Source: Patescibacteria group bacterium (GTDB lineage Bacteria; Patescibacteriota; UBA1384; XYA2-FULL-43-10; 1-14-0-10-43-13). From it: DNA of 64,000 nt. Shown piece after piece: positions 1 through 8,503 of this stretch (its first letter is position 1; every line of letters starts with the position of its first letter). The notes below the pieces were generated by a model. That model had not been told where the DNA came from. It saw only the letters and a list, made by a program, of their open reading frames with translations, and made no database searches. Both the position numbers and the translations under genes were made by a program. The stretch spans positions 337,217 through 401,216 of the forward strand of contig JBAZBD010000001.1 in assembly GCA_041671645.1 (NCBI GenBank). The letters run 5' to 3'.

Positions 1-96
1 AGCCTCATTTTGGTTTGCCAAAATGGCTGGGTCTTGCATTTTCTGCTCCAGCTCGAAGAATCGGTCAAGGATAGATTTTAGTTTTTCTTTGTTCAT
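1..96 (-). CDS. prfA: Peptide chain release factor 1, N-terminal fragment (runs off window)
   Basis: Manual translation MNKEKLKSILDRFFELEQKMQDPAILANQNEA resembles the RF1 N-terminus; directly downstream of rpmE, the usual synteny. Confidence 0.7.
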   Translation of the reverse strand, partial: MNKEKLKSILDRFFELEQKMQDPAILANQNEA

Positions 97-174
97 GACA
101 TTTTTATAGCAAAAATCGGCTTACTCACCAGAATTATATCTGGTTTTCGACCGATTTCATATAGAACTGATGAG

Positions 175-441
175 TTATTTCTCTTCTTTGACTTTTTTCA
201 CTTTTTCAGGCTTCTTGGCAGCTTCTTCCTTCATTTTCTTGGAAGCCTCGAGACGAGCCTTGAATTTGTCAACGCGGCCAGCAGTATCAACCAATTTCTG
301 TTTGCCTGTGAAGAAAGGATGGCATGCTGAACAAATCTCGACTTTGATCTCTTCGCGAGTCGAACCTGTGAGATATTCGCCGCCACAAGCACATTTGGCG
401 ACTACATCTTTGTTATAAGTTGGGTGGATGTCTTTTTTCAT
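175..441 (-). CDS. rpmE: 50S ribosomal protein L31 (Zn-binding type)
   Basis: MKKDIHP...CACG...[26 protein letters not shown] signature. Confidence 0.97.
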   Translation of the reverse strand: MKKDIHPTYNKDVVAKCACGGEYLTGSTREEIKVEICSACHPFFTGKQKLVDTAGRVDKFKARLEASKKMKEEAAKKPEKVKKVKEEK

Positions 442-566
442 AAAATATCTTATCGATAACTAATTTCTTTTGAAATTCTAGCACAGTATTGAACTTTAGT
501 CAACGCAAGAGTATAAGTTTATTAGCGCTAACCGAAAGGGGGCGCAGAAAAAGGGGGAGCATAATT

Positions 567-1157
567 ATGCTTACGCGAAATCAGAAGTCTTGGATTTGCT
601 TCCGCACTGACGGAAGCGTGGTCGGCAACGCACTCTATCACGATTCGATTGCCCAGGCCATTTCATCACTGGACACTGGGTCGAATATGGAGTACTTCCT
701 GACCCTCAGAAATGGGCCAAATGAGCAAAGTATAGCTTGCACCAAGCACTTAGATCATCTCTGTTATCTCTCAGCTTGGCGCCTGATTCCTGATTCAATT
801 CGGTATGGGCATACTGATGCTCATACCCTGTATCAACTCTGGTTGGAATACTATTGCGGATGGCAAACGGAACAGCAATATAAGGAGAGTTTCACTCGGT
901 TAAGTTGCTCGGATAATCTCAAGGAGGCCTTGTCTGATCCGACAGGCCGTCATTTCTTTCTTAGATTGTTGCACACTGCAAGAAGAGACAGGATCGACAT
1001 CCTAAGAAGGACGGCCCAAAATCTGCTTCAACTGACAAAGGGTCCAAGGCTACAGCTCTTTGAGCTGGAATTCGCTCGCATTGTCACGCCGAACTTCAAA
1101 TTGGACTTAACCCAGAAGTACTGGGAGAGACGGGGGATCACAGGAAAAGTTTTGTAG
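567..1157 (+). CDS. Hypothetical (orphan) protein
   Basis: Long ORF; start moved to ATG 567 after a G-rich RBS; hairpin and T-run downstream. Confidence 0.6.
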   Translation: MLTRNQKSWICFRTDGSVVGNALYHDSIAQAISSLDTGSNMEYFLTLRNGPNEQSIACTKHLDHLCYLSAWRLIPDSIRYGHTDAHTLYQLWLEYYCGWQTEQQYKESFTRLSCSDNLKEALSDPTGRHFFLRLLHTARRDRIDILRRTAQNLLQLTKGPRLQLFELEFARIVTPNFKLDLTQKYWERRGITGKVL

Positions 1158-1254
1158 ACTGGACAGACGACAGCAGTTGCCTGTCTTTTTATTTTCCCTT
1201 GCAAAAAGTCACAAAATGATGTAATATAGTCAAAGAATTAAGTTCACCAAAATT

Positions 1255-1336
1255 CACACGCTCAACTCCAGGTTTCTTCCTCATCCGCCAGCTGGCGGAT
1301 CGGGGCAATAGCTGAGCGGCGGTATAAAGAAACCCA
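1255..1336 (+). promoter_or_regulatory. rpsB leader (S2 autoregulatory, t44-like) RNA
   Basis: Begins CACACG; CGCTCA pairs with TGAGCG and GGTTTCT with AGAAACC (pseudoknot-like), the architecture of rpsB leaders; TTGCAA/TAATAT promoter just upstream. Confidence 0.6.
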
Positions 1337-1388
1337 AGAACAGTTCAAAGTTCATAAAGTCTATAAAGTTATAAAGTAGAAAGGTTTT

Positions 1389-2108
1389 TTGATGACGAAT
1401 TTACCAACCCTTAGGGAAATGCTGGACGCTGGTGTTCATTTCGGACACAAGACTTCACGTTGGTTCCCAAAGATGGCCCCTTACATTTACACCTCAAAGT
1501 CTGGTGTACATATTATCAATTTGGAAAAGACAGAGGAAGCAGTCCAGAAAGCGGCCGATTTTGTACGTAGAGAAGCTGCGGCTGGCAAGACCTTCATCTT
1601 CGTCGGTACCAAGAAGCAGACTGGCTCTATCATCAAAGAGGAAGCTGGCAAGGCTGGCATTTCTTATGTCAACATTCGTTGGCTCGGTGGCACAATCACA
1701 AACTTCGAGGCTATCAGAGGCGCGATCCAGAGATACAAGAAGCAAGTTGAAGAGATTGCCCTTGATGACGAAGGAAAGTCAGAAATGACCAAGTCTGAGC
1801 TTTCACGCGTGCGCAAAGACGTCGCTCGCGGTGAGAAGTTCTTGGGCGGCCTAGTCAATTTGGACAGAAAACCAGATGCATTGATTCTCTTCGGTTCCCA
1901 TGACGAGAAAATTGCACTCAAAGAAGCCAAATGCGACCATATCCCAGTCATCGCACTCGTTGACACAAACGCTGATCCAAACGCTGTCGAGTATCCTATC
2001 CCAGCCAATGATGACGCAACCAAATCTGTCAGACTCTTCGCCTCTCTCTTCGCAGGTATCATCAAAGAAGCCAGAGACAAAGTCAAAGTCACAGAAGACA
2101 AGAAATAA
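1389..2108 (+). CDS. rpsB: 30S ribosomal protein S2
   Basis: AGVHFGH, RWLGGTITNF, DTNADP, PANDDA motifs. Confidence 0.98.
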   Translation: MMTNLPTLREMLDAGVHFGHKTSRWFPKMAPYIYTSKSGVHIINLEKTEEAVQKAADFVRREAAAGKTFIFVGTKKQTGSIIKEEAGKAGISYVNIRWLGGTITNFEAIRGAIQRYKKQVEEIALDDEGKSEMTKSELSRVRKDVARGEKFLGGLVNLDRKPDALILFGSHDEKIALKEAKCDHIPVIALVDTNADPNAVEYPIPANDDATKSVRLFASLFAGIIKEARDKVKVTEDKK

Positions 2109-2144
2109 GACAATTTCAAATCAATTAAATATTGAAGGAATAAT

Positions 2145-2738
2145 ATGGCTATTACTGCCAAAGAAATTTCAGAACTCAGAGCTCGAACCGGTATCGGTAT
2201 GATGGAGTGCAAGAAAGCACTCGAAGAGACCAATGGCGACCAGGAGAAGGCGATCGAAGTATTGCGCAAACGCGGTATGGCCAAAGCGGCCAAGAGAGCA
2301 GAGCGCGAGACCAAAAATGGTGTGATTGATTCATACATTCACAGCAACGGCAAAATCGGCGTCATGGTCGAAGTATTGGCAGAAACTGATTTCGTCGCCA
2401 AGAACGATGAATTCAAAGCTTTCGCTCACGATATCGCTCTTCACATCGCGGCAATGAACTCAAAATATATCGCAAAGGAAAATGTTCCAGCCGAAATCGT
2501 AGAAAAAGAAAAAGCAATCTTGGTCGAAGAGGTCAAGGCTTTGGGCAAACCAGCCGAGATGGCCGAGAAGATCGCTGAAGGCAAGATCAACAAATTTCTC
2601 GAAGAAATCTGTTTGCTCGATCAGCCTTTCGTCAAGGATCCGTCCAAGACAGTTGGCGATTTGCTTACTGACCTGACTTCCAAGATCGGCGAGAAGATCG
2701 TAATCGGGCGGTTTGTCAGATACGAAATCGGTGAGTAA
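2145..2738 (+). CDS. tsf: Elongation factor Ts (short form)
   Basis: LRARTGIGMMECKKAL, ETDFVAKN motifs; follows rpsB. Confidence 0.98.
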   Translation: MAITAKEISELRARTGIGMMECKKALEETNGDQEKAIEVLRKRGMAKAAKRAERETKNGVIDSYIHSNGKIGVMVEVLAETDFVAKNDEFKAFAHDIALHIAAMNSKYIAKENVPAEIVEKEKAILVEEVKALGKPAEMAEKIAEGKINKFLEEICLLDQPFVKDPSKTVGDLLTDLTSKIGEKIVIGRFVRYEIGE

Positions 2739-2756
2739 AAAAAATTTCAAATATAG

Positions 2757-2785
2757 AAAATGACCGCAGCAATGCGGTCATTTTT
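2757..2785 (+). terminator. Rho-independent terminator after tsf
   Basis: aaaatgaccgca-gcaa-tgcggtcattttt hairpin with T-tail. Confidence 0.8.
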
Positions 2786-2876
2786 GTAGCTCGTTCGCGA
2801 ATTACACTCACGATATTGCAATGACAAAATAAATATCACCGTCACATTGTGACGGTGATTGCTGAGATGAAGGTGG

Positions 2877-3023
2877 TCATCTTTTAATTCCAGTTATCCA
2901 AGCATGATATAGGATTGCAGAAATGACACCTAGCCCTGTCCACGTAAGATCGTGAAAATAGATTCCGGAGAATGCAGTACCATAAATTAGTATGCTATAG
3001 ACTGTTTGCGTCTGACTGTTCAT
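2877..3023 (-). CDS. Small 48-aa hydrophobic protein (not in ORF track)
   Basis: MNSQTQTVYSILIYGTAFSGIYFHDLTWTGLGVISAILYHAWITGIKR; AAGGAG RBS, TTGACT-17-TATAAT promoter upstream, hairpin at about 2835-2859 downstream. Confidence 0.6.
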   Translation of the reverse strand: MNSQTQTVYSILIYGTAFSGIYFHDLTWTGLGVISAILYHAWITGIKR

Positions 3024-3043
3024 ATCAATTCTCCTTCAGATTT

Positions 3044-3091
3044 GATGTCTTTATTATAAACTAAATCTCAAAATAGTCAATAGAGACAAAC
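3044..3091 (-). repeat. 48-bp direct repeat copy 1, containing a sigma70 promoter
   Basis: 44/48 identical to 3736-3783; minus strand reads TTGACT-N17-TATAAT. Confidence 0.85.
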
Positions 3092-3223
3092 GTACGAAAT
3101 CGGAGAGTAAAGTTATAATCTTGCATTATAGCATATAGAAAATGGTGTTGGAGAAATCCGGCGCCATTTTTTTGTTGTGAAAATAAAAAGTAGTCATCAA
3201 CATTAGATGACTACTGAATTTGA

Positions 3224-3697
3224 TTATTCGGCCGTTTTTGTTAGCCATTCTTCCATCCTGGCGATGTCTTTGGCTGAGACGTTTGATGTGGAGAATTTGT
3301 ATCCTCCAATCTTTAGGCCAGTGGCCGAGAGATGCCTGATTGCCTCGGACCAGCTCCCTAAGCCTTCCCTGAGAATATGCTCTTCCAGCTGGGCCCAATA
3401 CGCCATTTTGTACATCTGATTGTCTCTTACCAGAGTCTGGTGGAGGACAACGATCACAACTGATCCCAATGAAAGTGCATCATTTTCTGAATTTCCGCTT
3501 CTGATAGTGTTGGCTCCAAGAAACAATGCGTCTTCCTCATCGGGGATATGTGCCAAGTCGATCCCTGTTTTCTGGTGAGACATATTCAAGTATGCTGATC
3601 TTTCCTCAACCTGAGTCAAGATAATAAGGGTTGCATGGACCGCTTCGTCTACAACAGTCTGTATGTTGGATGCGAAAAGTTCGTCGAGACTTTTCAT
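3224..3697 (-). CDS. Hypothetical (orphan) protein
   Basis: 157-aa ORF with AAGGGG RBS, downstream of repeat/promoter copy 2. Confidence 0.6.
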   Translation of the reverse strand: MKSLDELFASNIQTVVDEAVHATLIILTQVEERSAYLNMSHQKTGIDLAHIPDEEDALFLGANTIRSGNSENDALSLGSVVIVVLHQTLVRDNQMYKMAYWAQLEEHILREGLGSWSEAIRHLSATGLKIGGYKFSTSNVSAKDIARMEEWLTKTAE

Positions 3698-3735
3698 TTT
3701 CGTTCCCCTTGTTTGTTTTTTCTTAGCCCTGCTAA

Positions 3736-3783
3736 GATGTCGTTATTATAAACTAAAACTCGAATTAGTCAATAGAGACAAAC
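3736..3783 (-). repeat. 48-bp direct repeat copy 2, containing a sigma70 promoter
   Basis: 44/48 identical to 3044-3091. Confidence 0.85.
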
Positions 3784-3809
3784 AAGCAAGATTGAGCTAA
3801 TATAAGGGC

Positions 3810-4511
3810 ATGAAATACAAAAGAATTTTATTGAAACTATCAGGTGAGGCTTTGCTTGGGAATGATCACAATATCGATCCCAAAGCTTGTGATTTTGTGG
3901 CGGGCGAAATCAAAGAATTGGTGGGGGTCGGCACAGAGGTAGTCGTAGTCCTGGGCGGCGGTAATATTTTCCGCGGTAGAGCGGCGGAAGAGCACGGCAT
4001 GAAGAGAATTACGGGTGATTATATTGGCATGTTGGCGACGGTGATGAACTCTCTGGCTCTCCGAAGCGCGTTATCAAAGATAGATGTTGAGAGTCGTGTC
4101 GCCTCTGCATTGGACATGCCGAAGGTCTGCGAGCCATATATCCGCGACAAGGCAATTCGCCATCTGGAAAAGGGCCGAGTCGTGATCGCGGCAGCTGGTA
4201 GCGGCAATCCGTATTTCTCGACCGATACAGCGGCAGCGATCAGAGCGTGCGAATTGGACTGTAACATCGTGCTCAAAGCGACCAAAGTTGATGGTGTTTA
4301 TGACAAAGACCCTGTGAAAAACGCTGATGCGGTCAAAATACCAAATCTTACCTACCTGGATGTGATCAATAAAAAAATCGAGGTGATGGACAGTACAGCG
4401 ATCACTCTTTGCATGGACAATGCTGTGCCGATTTGCGTGTTCGAACTTATGAAACATGGTAATATTAAGAAAGTAGTAATGGGCGAGACTGTAGGAACCA
4501 TTATTAATTAA
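3810..4511 (+). CDS. pyrH: UMP kinase
   Basis: RILLKLSGEAL, GGGNIFRG, GNPYFSTD, KVDGVYDKDP. Confidence 0.98.
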   Translation: MKYKRILLKLSGEALLGNDHNIDPKACDFVAGEIKELVGVGTEVVVVLGGGNIFRGRAAEEHGMKRITGDYIGMLATVMNSLALRSALSKIDVESRVASALDMPKVCEPYIRDKAIRHLEKGRVVIAAAGSGNPYFSTDTAAAIRACELDCNIVLKATKVDGVYDKDPVKNADAVKIPNLTYLDVINKKIEVMDSTAITLCMDNAVPICVFELMKHGNIKKVVMGETVGTIIN

Positions 4512-4523
4512 AAAAGGATAGCC

Positions 4524-5084
4524 ATGTCAGTTGATAATTTATTGAAAGAAGCCAAGCCAAAAATGTTGGCGGCGATCGAAAATTTGAAAGAAGAATTGTC
4601 TCGAGTCCGGACAGGCCGAGCCAACCCAGCTATTTTGGATGGGGTGATGGTGCCATATTATGGTTCTAGCTCGACAATCAGTGCGATGGCTTCTGTCAGC
4701 GTGCCAGAAGCGAATCAGATTGTGATCAAGCCTTGGGATCGTAACGTCTTGGGCGATATTGAGACGGCAATTCGGGCTTCAAACGTTGGCCTCAACCCAG
4801 TAAATGATGGCCAGCAGATCAGACTTGTCTTGCCTCCGATGACCGAAGAGAGACGCCGTGATATTGTCACTCAGGTCAAAAAGTCTGGGGAGGAGACCAA
4901 AGTTTCTCTTCGCAATGTTCGAAGAGAAATCTGGGACAAGGTTCAGACAGCTGAGAAAAACAAAGAAGTGACCGAGGACGATCGGTATCGCGCCGAGGAC
5001 GAATTGAACAAAATCGTTACCGAGATGAATTCGACCGCCGATAGAGTAGTGGCCGAAAAAGAACAAGAAATAATGAAAATCTAA
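4524..5084 (+). CDS. frr: Ribosome recycling factor
   Basis: VRTGRANP, NPVNDG, PPMTEERR motifs. Confidence 0.98.
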   Translation: MSVDNLLKEAKPKMLAAIENLKEELSRVRTGRANPAILDGVMVPYYGSSSTISAMASVSVPEANQIVIKPWDRNVLGDIETAIRASNVGLNPVNDGQQIRLVLPPMTEERRRDIVTQVKKSGEETKVSLRNVRREIWDKVQTAEKNKEVTEDDRYRAEDELNKIVTEMNSTADRVVAEKEQEIMKI

Positions 5085-5101
5085 CAGAATTCTGAGCAAT
5101 T

Positions 5102-6187
5102 ATGTTTATCACAATTTTGGCCTTTATATTTGTCCTGGGAATACTGATTCTAGTTCATGAGCTAGGTCATTTTATCGTGGCGAAAATGGTTGGAGTGAAA
5201 GTCGAGGAGTTCTCTATCGGTTTTCCGCCTCGGATTTTCTCATTCAAAAAAGGCGAGACGAAGTATTCCATTGGTGCTCTGATTTTTGGCGGCTATGTCA
5301 AAATGCTAGGCGAGGAGACCGAGTCAGCCAGCCCGAGAGCTTTTAACCAGCAGAAGCCAGGGAAGCGCTTCGCCATTTCTGTTGCTGGTGTAATTATGAA
5401 CTTTGTCCTGGCCTGGATAATTCTATCGATCGGTCTGAGCATCGGGATGACGCCGCCGGTCACGCCTTCTGACGAAGTCCCATTCAGCCAAGCGACCAAA
5501 GGCCAAGTCTACATCGTCGAGTTTCTTGACGGTTCATCTGCTCAAAAAGCGGGGGTTAAGCTCGGAGACCAAATAGTCAAATTGACCAAGGGAACAGACG
5601 AAGTCACACCGACAACTCCAGAGCAAGTGACAGATTTTTCCGGACGGAATAAGGGATCGGAAATTACGATCAAGATAAATCGAAACAATGTGCCAGTAGA
5701 GCAGACAATCTTGCTTCCTGCCACAGAAGCGCCGCTAGGGATCGGGATGGTCAACCAGTCTATCGTCAAAGTGAAATGGTATGCCGCGCCGTATGTTGCT
5801 CTTCTTGAGACTTGGGGCATCGTCAAAGTCATATTTATGTTTCTGGGAAGTTTCTTCTCCCAATTATTTCACACAGGGACCTTGTCTGATCAAGTTGGCG
5901 GGCCAGTCGCAATCTACAATCTTTCTGGAGACGCGGCTCGCGCCGGAATCGGTGTGTTGTTCCAATTTATCGCTATGCTCTCGATCAATTTGGGCTTGAT
6001 CAATATTCTGCCGATTCCAGCTTTGGACGGTGGCCGTGCCCTTTTCATTATCCTTGAAAAAATCTTTGGCAAGCGTATCTTGAAGGAGAACATCGAAAAT
6101 ATTATTCACAACATTGGCTTCGCAGTGCTTATGCTTTTGGTGCTGGCTGTGACGGTCAAGGATATAATCAGACTATTTCACAAATAA
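5102..6187 (+). CDS. rseP: RIP metalloprotease (M50, PDZ)
   Basis: HELGH, FSIGF, GGYVKM, NILPIPALDGG. Confidence 0.95.
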   Translation: MFITILAFIFVLGILILVHELGHFIVAKMVGVKVEEFSIGFPPRIFSFKKGETKYSIGALIFGGYVKMLGEETESASPRAFNQQKPGKRFAISVAGVIMNFVLAWIILSIGLSIGMTPPVTPSDEVPFSQATKGQVYIVEFLDGSSAQKAGVKLGDQIVKLTKGTDEVTPTTPEQVTDFSGRNKGSEITIKINRNNVPVEQTILLPATEAPLGIGMVNQSIVKVKWYAAPYVALLETWGIVKVIFMFLGSFFSQLFHTGTLSDQVGGPVAIYNLSGDAARAGIGVLFQFIAMLSINLGLINILPIPALDGGRALFIILEKIFGKRILKENIENIIHNIGFAVLMLLVLAVTVKDIIRLFHK

Positions 6188-6205
6188 GATAGATATTGGA
6201 GTCGT

Positions 6206-7429
6206 ATGAAACAATCACAACTTTTCTTGAAAACTCGTAAAGAGGTGCCAGCTGATGCTGACTCGATCAATGCTTCTTATCTGATCAGGGCTTCTTTTGC
6301 TGAAAAGCAGATGGCAGGAGTGTATTCTCTACTTCCGCTTGGGCTCCGAGTCATCAAGAAGATCGAGAATATTGTTCGCGAAGAGATGAACAAAATCGGC
6401 GGCCAAGAAGTTTTGATGAACGTGCTCCAGCCCAAAGAGCTTTGGGATGAAACTGGCCGATCAGAATCCGCGGTCGATATTTTCTATAAACTAGTCGACG
6501 CTCGTGGCAAGACTATACTACTCGCCCCAACTCATGAGGAGCAGGTGATCGATATTGTGCGCAAGAAGGTCAAATCTTACAAAGATTTGCCACTCGCTCT
6601 TTACCAAATCCAGACCAAATTCCGAAATGAGCCAAGAGCCAAGTCCGGGCTTCTGCGCGGCCGAGAGTTCATCATGAAGGATTTATACAGCTTCCATGAA
6701 AGCGAAGAAGATTTCAATTCCTATTATGAGAGATCGAAGGAAGCTTACAATGAAGTTTTCAAGAGATTCGGCCTTGATGCTCGAATCGTCGAGGCTTCTG
6801 GCGGAATATTTTCCAAATATTCTCATGAGTTTCAGGTTCTGACGGCGGTGGGCGAGGACACAATATATTATTGCGACAAATGTGATTTTGCACAAAACAA
6901 AGAGGTAGCCGAAGTGACTGAGGGCGATAAATGTCCAAAATGTGGTGCTCTGGTTAAAGTCGGCCGTGGCATTGAAGTCGGCAATATTTTCCCTCTCAAA
7001 GACAAATATTCCAAACCGATGAATGGTACTTTCCTGGACAGAGACGGCAAAGAGCAGGTCTTCACCATGGGGTGTTATGGCATCGGGATCACTCGTGCCT
7101 TGGCCACAATTGTCGAAGTTCACTATGACGTAGCCAAGAACAAAATGGTATGGCCAGTTGAAGTCGCACCCTACAAAGTCCATTTGATTTCATTGAACCA
7201 AAACGAAAAGGCTGAGGAAATTTACAAAGAATTACTCGAGAAAAATGTTGAAGTTCTATATGATGATCGTGAAATGTCAGCAGGCGAGAAATTCGCCGAG
7301 GCCGATCTGGTCGGTAGCCCAATTCGGATCGTCGTAAGCAAGAAGACTCTCGATGCTGATTCAGTAGAAATGGTACGGGGCGGGGAGATGACGATTGTAA
7401 AAATATCTGATTTGGACAAAGCGCTCTAA
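6206..7429 (+). CDS. proS: Prolyl-tRNA synthetase (short, no INS editing domain)
   Basis: PTHEE, KFRNEPR, LRGREFIMKDLYSF, GIEVGNIF, MGCYGIG. Confidence 0.95.
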   Translation: MKQSQLFLKTRKEVPADADSINASYLIRASFAEKQMAGVYSLLPLGLRVIKKIENIVREEMNKIGGQEVLMNVLQPKELWDETGRSESAVDIFYKLVDARGKTILLAPTHEEQVIDIVRKKVKSYKDLPLALYQIQTKFRNEPRAKSGLLRGREFIMKDLYSFHESEEDFNSYYERSKEAYNEVFKRFGLDARIVEASGGIFSKYSHEFQVLTAVGEDTIYYCDKCDFAQNKEVAEVTEGDKCPKCGALVKVGRGIEVGNIFPLKDKYSKPMNGTFLDRDGKEQVFTMGCYGIGITRALATIVEVHYDVAKNKMVWPVEVAPYKVHLISLNQNEKAEEIYKELLEKNVEVLYDDREMSAGEKFAEADLVGSPIRIVVSKKTLDADSVEMVRGGEMTIVKISDLDKAL

Positions 7430-7539
7430 GAAATACCTGATAGCAAAGACGCGGCCTCCTGTGAGACCGCTTTTGTTATTGAATAATTATTAATTTATGT
7501 TATAATATCACCAAACGTTTTTGAAGGGGTGGTAGTCTA

Positions 7540-8442
7540 ATGACAGTAAAAACGCGTAGAAATGCAGAGCGTTCTGATAAAAATGTACACCAAAAAAATG
7601 TACATCAGTATCTATTATCGAGCGATATACTTGAGAAGGATATCGAACGCGTACTTGAGGAGCTGCGTCCTCGGATAGAGGATTACAAGAAGGCTCACGC
7701 ACAGAAAACAGAAGTGCCGATTCGTCGTTTCATTTCTCTTGCTCGGATCGGTCATATCTGCCAGACTACGATCTGGACTGTGAGAGAGGCCTATGAGCGA
7801 CTATCTGAAGGAGATCGGGCTATTTACAGCCGTGGACTGGCCATCGCTGCCATAGTCCGCGAGCGGGAAAAACAGACTGATCGTCGTAACTATCGGAGTT
7901 ATCCGAGTAAGTTGCGTTGGGCTGTGATGAGATTTGTCAGGAGACGGATCAGGGCAATGCGTCCGATTATCAGCATTGATGATTTGGCACGGCAGTACGA
8001 TATGCATCCAGATGCAGTTAGTCAGCTACTTCGCAATTGCCTCAGCCATGAGGAACACGAGACGTGGAACAAGCTTGTTCATCTGGAAAAGCGGACGACT
8101 GTGAAGCAGGTGAAGAAAAGAGACCCAGAAGGTTTGGGTACTCACAACGGTTCTGGCAAGTTGGACAACAAAAATCTTGCTGTCGCCAGAGGCTGGCAGA
8201 GATATCCCGAATGTCAGCTTCATCGTCTCCGTGACTTCGTCATTGAAAATTTCCATGCAGCATCTGCTGGAGAGACGACAATAGTCGGATATCGTCAACT
8301 ACGCAAGACGTTTGGGGTCGCAGTCTCCGTAATTGGAGACTATCTGCTCTCAGCACTTTCGCTTGAAATGTTTCTTGAGCGCAAGAGACTCTCTCAGTCA
8401 CATCCTCGAAAGGGGAAAGAACCGACTGGTTCGTCAGAATAA
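7540..8442 (+). CDS. Hypothetical basic protein with three putative helix-turn-helix segments
   Basis: 300-aa ORF with own TATAAT, RBS and terminator; repeated HTH-like pattern. Confidence 0.6.
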   Translation: MTVKTRRNAERSDKNVHQKNVHQYLLSSDILEKDIERVLEELRPRIEDYKKAHAQKTEVPIRRFISLARIGHICQTTIWTVREAYERLSEGDRAIYSRGLAIAAIVREREKQTDRRNYRSYPSKLRWAVMRFVRRRIRAMRPIISIDDLARQYDMHPDAVSQLLRNCLSHEEHETWNKLVHLEKRTTVKQVKKRDPEGLGTHNGSGKLDNKNLAVARGWQRYPECQLHRLRDFVIENFHAASAGETTIVGYRQLRKTFGVAVSVIGDYLLSALSLEMFLERKRLSQSHPRKGKEPTGSSE

Positions 8443-8503
8443 TGACGAGCCAGTTTTTAATTATCTAGCGTAAATTATATTTTTCAGCTAAGATCATTGC
8501 TAT

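Noticed and set aside
1664-2338. Long antisense ORFs over rpsB/tsf, proS, glyQS and others
   Set aside because: Shadow frames of well-identified housekeeping genes
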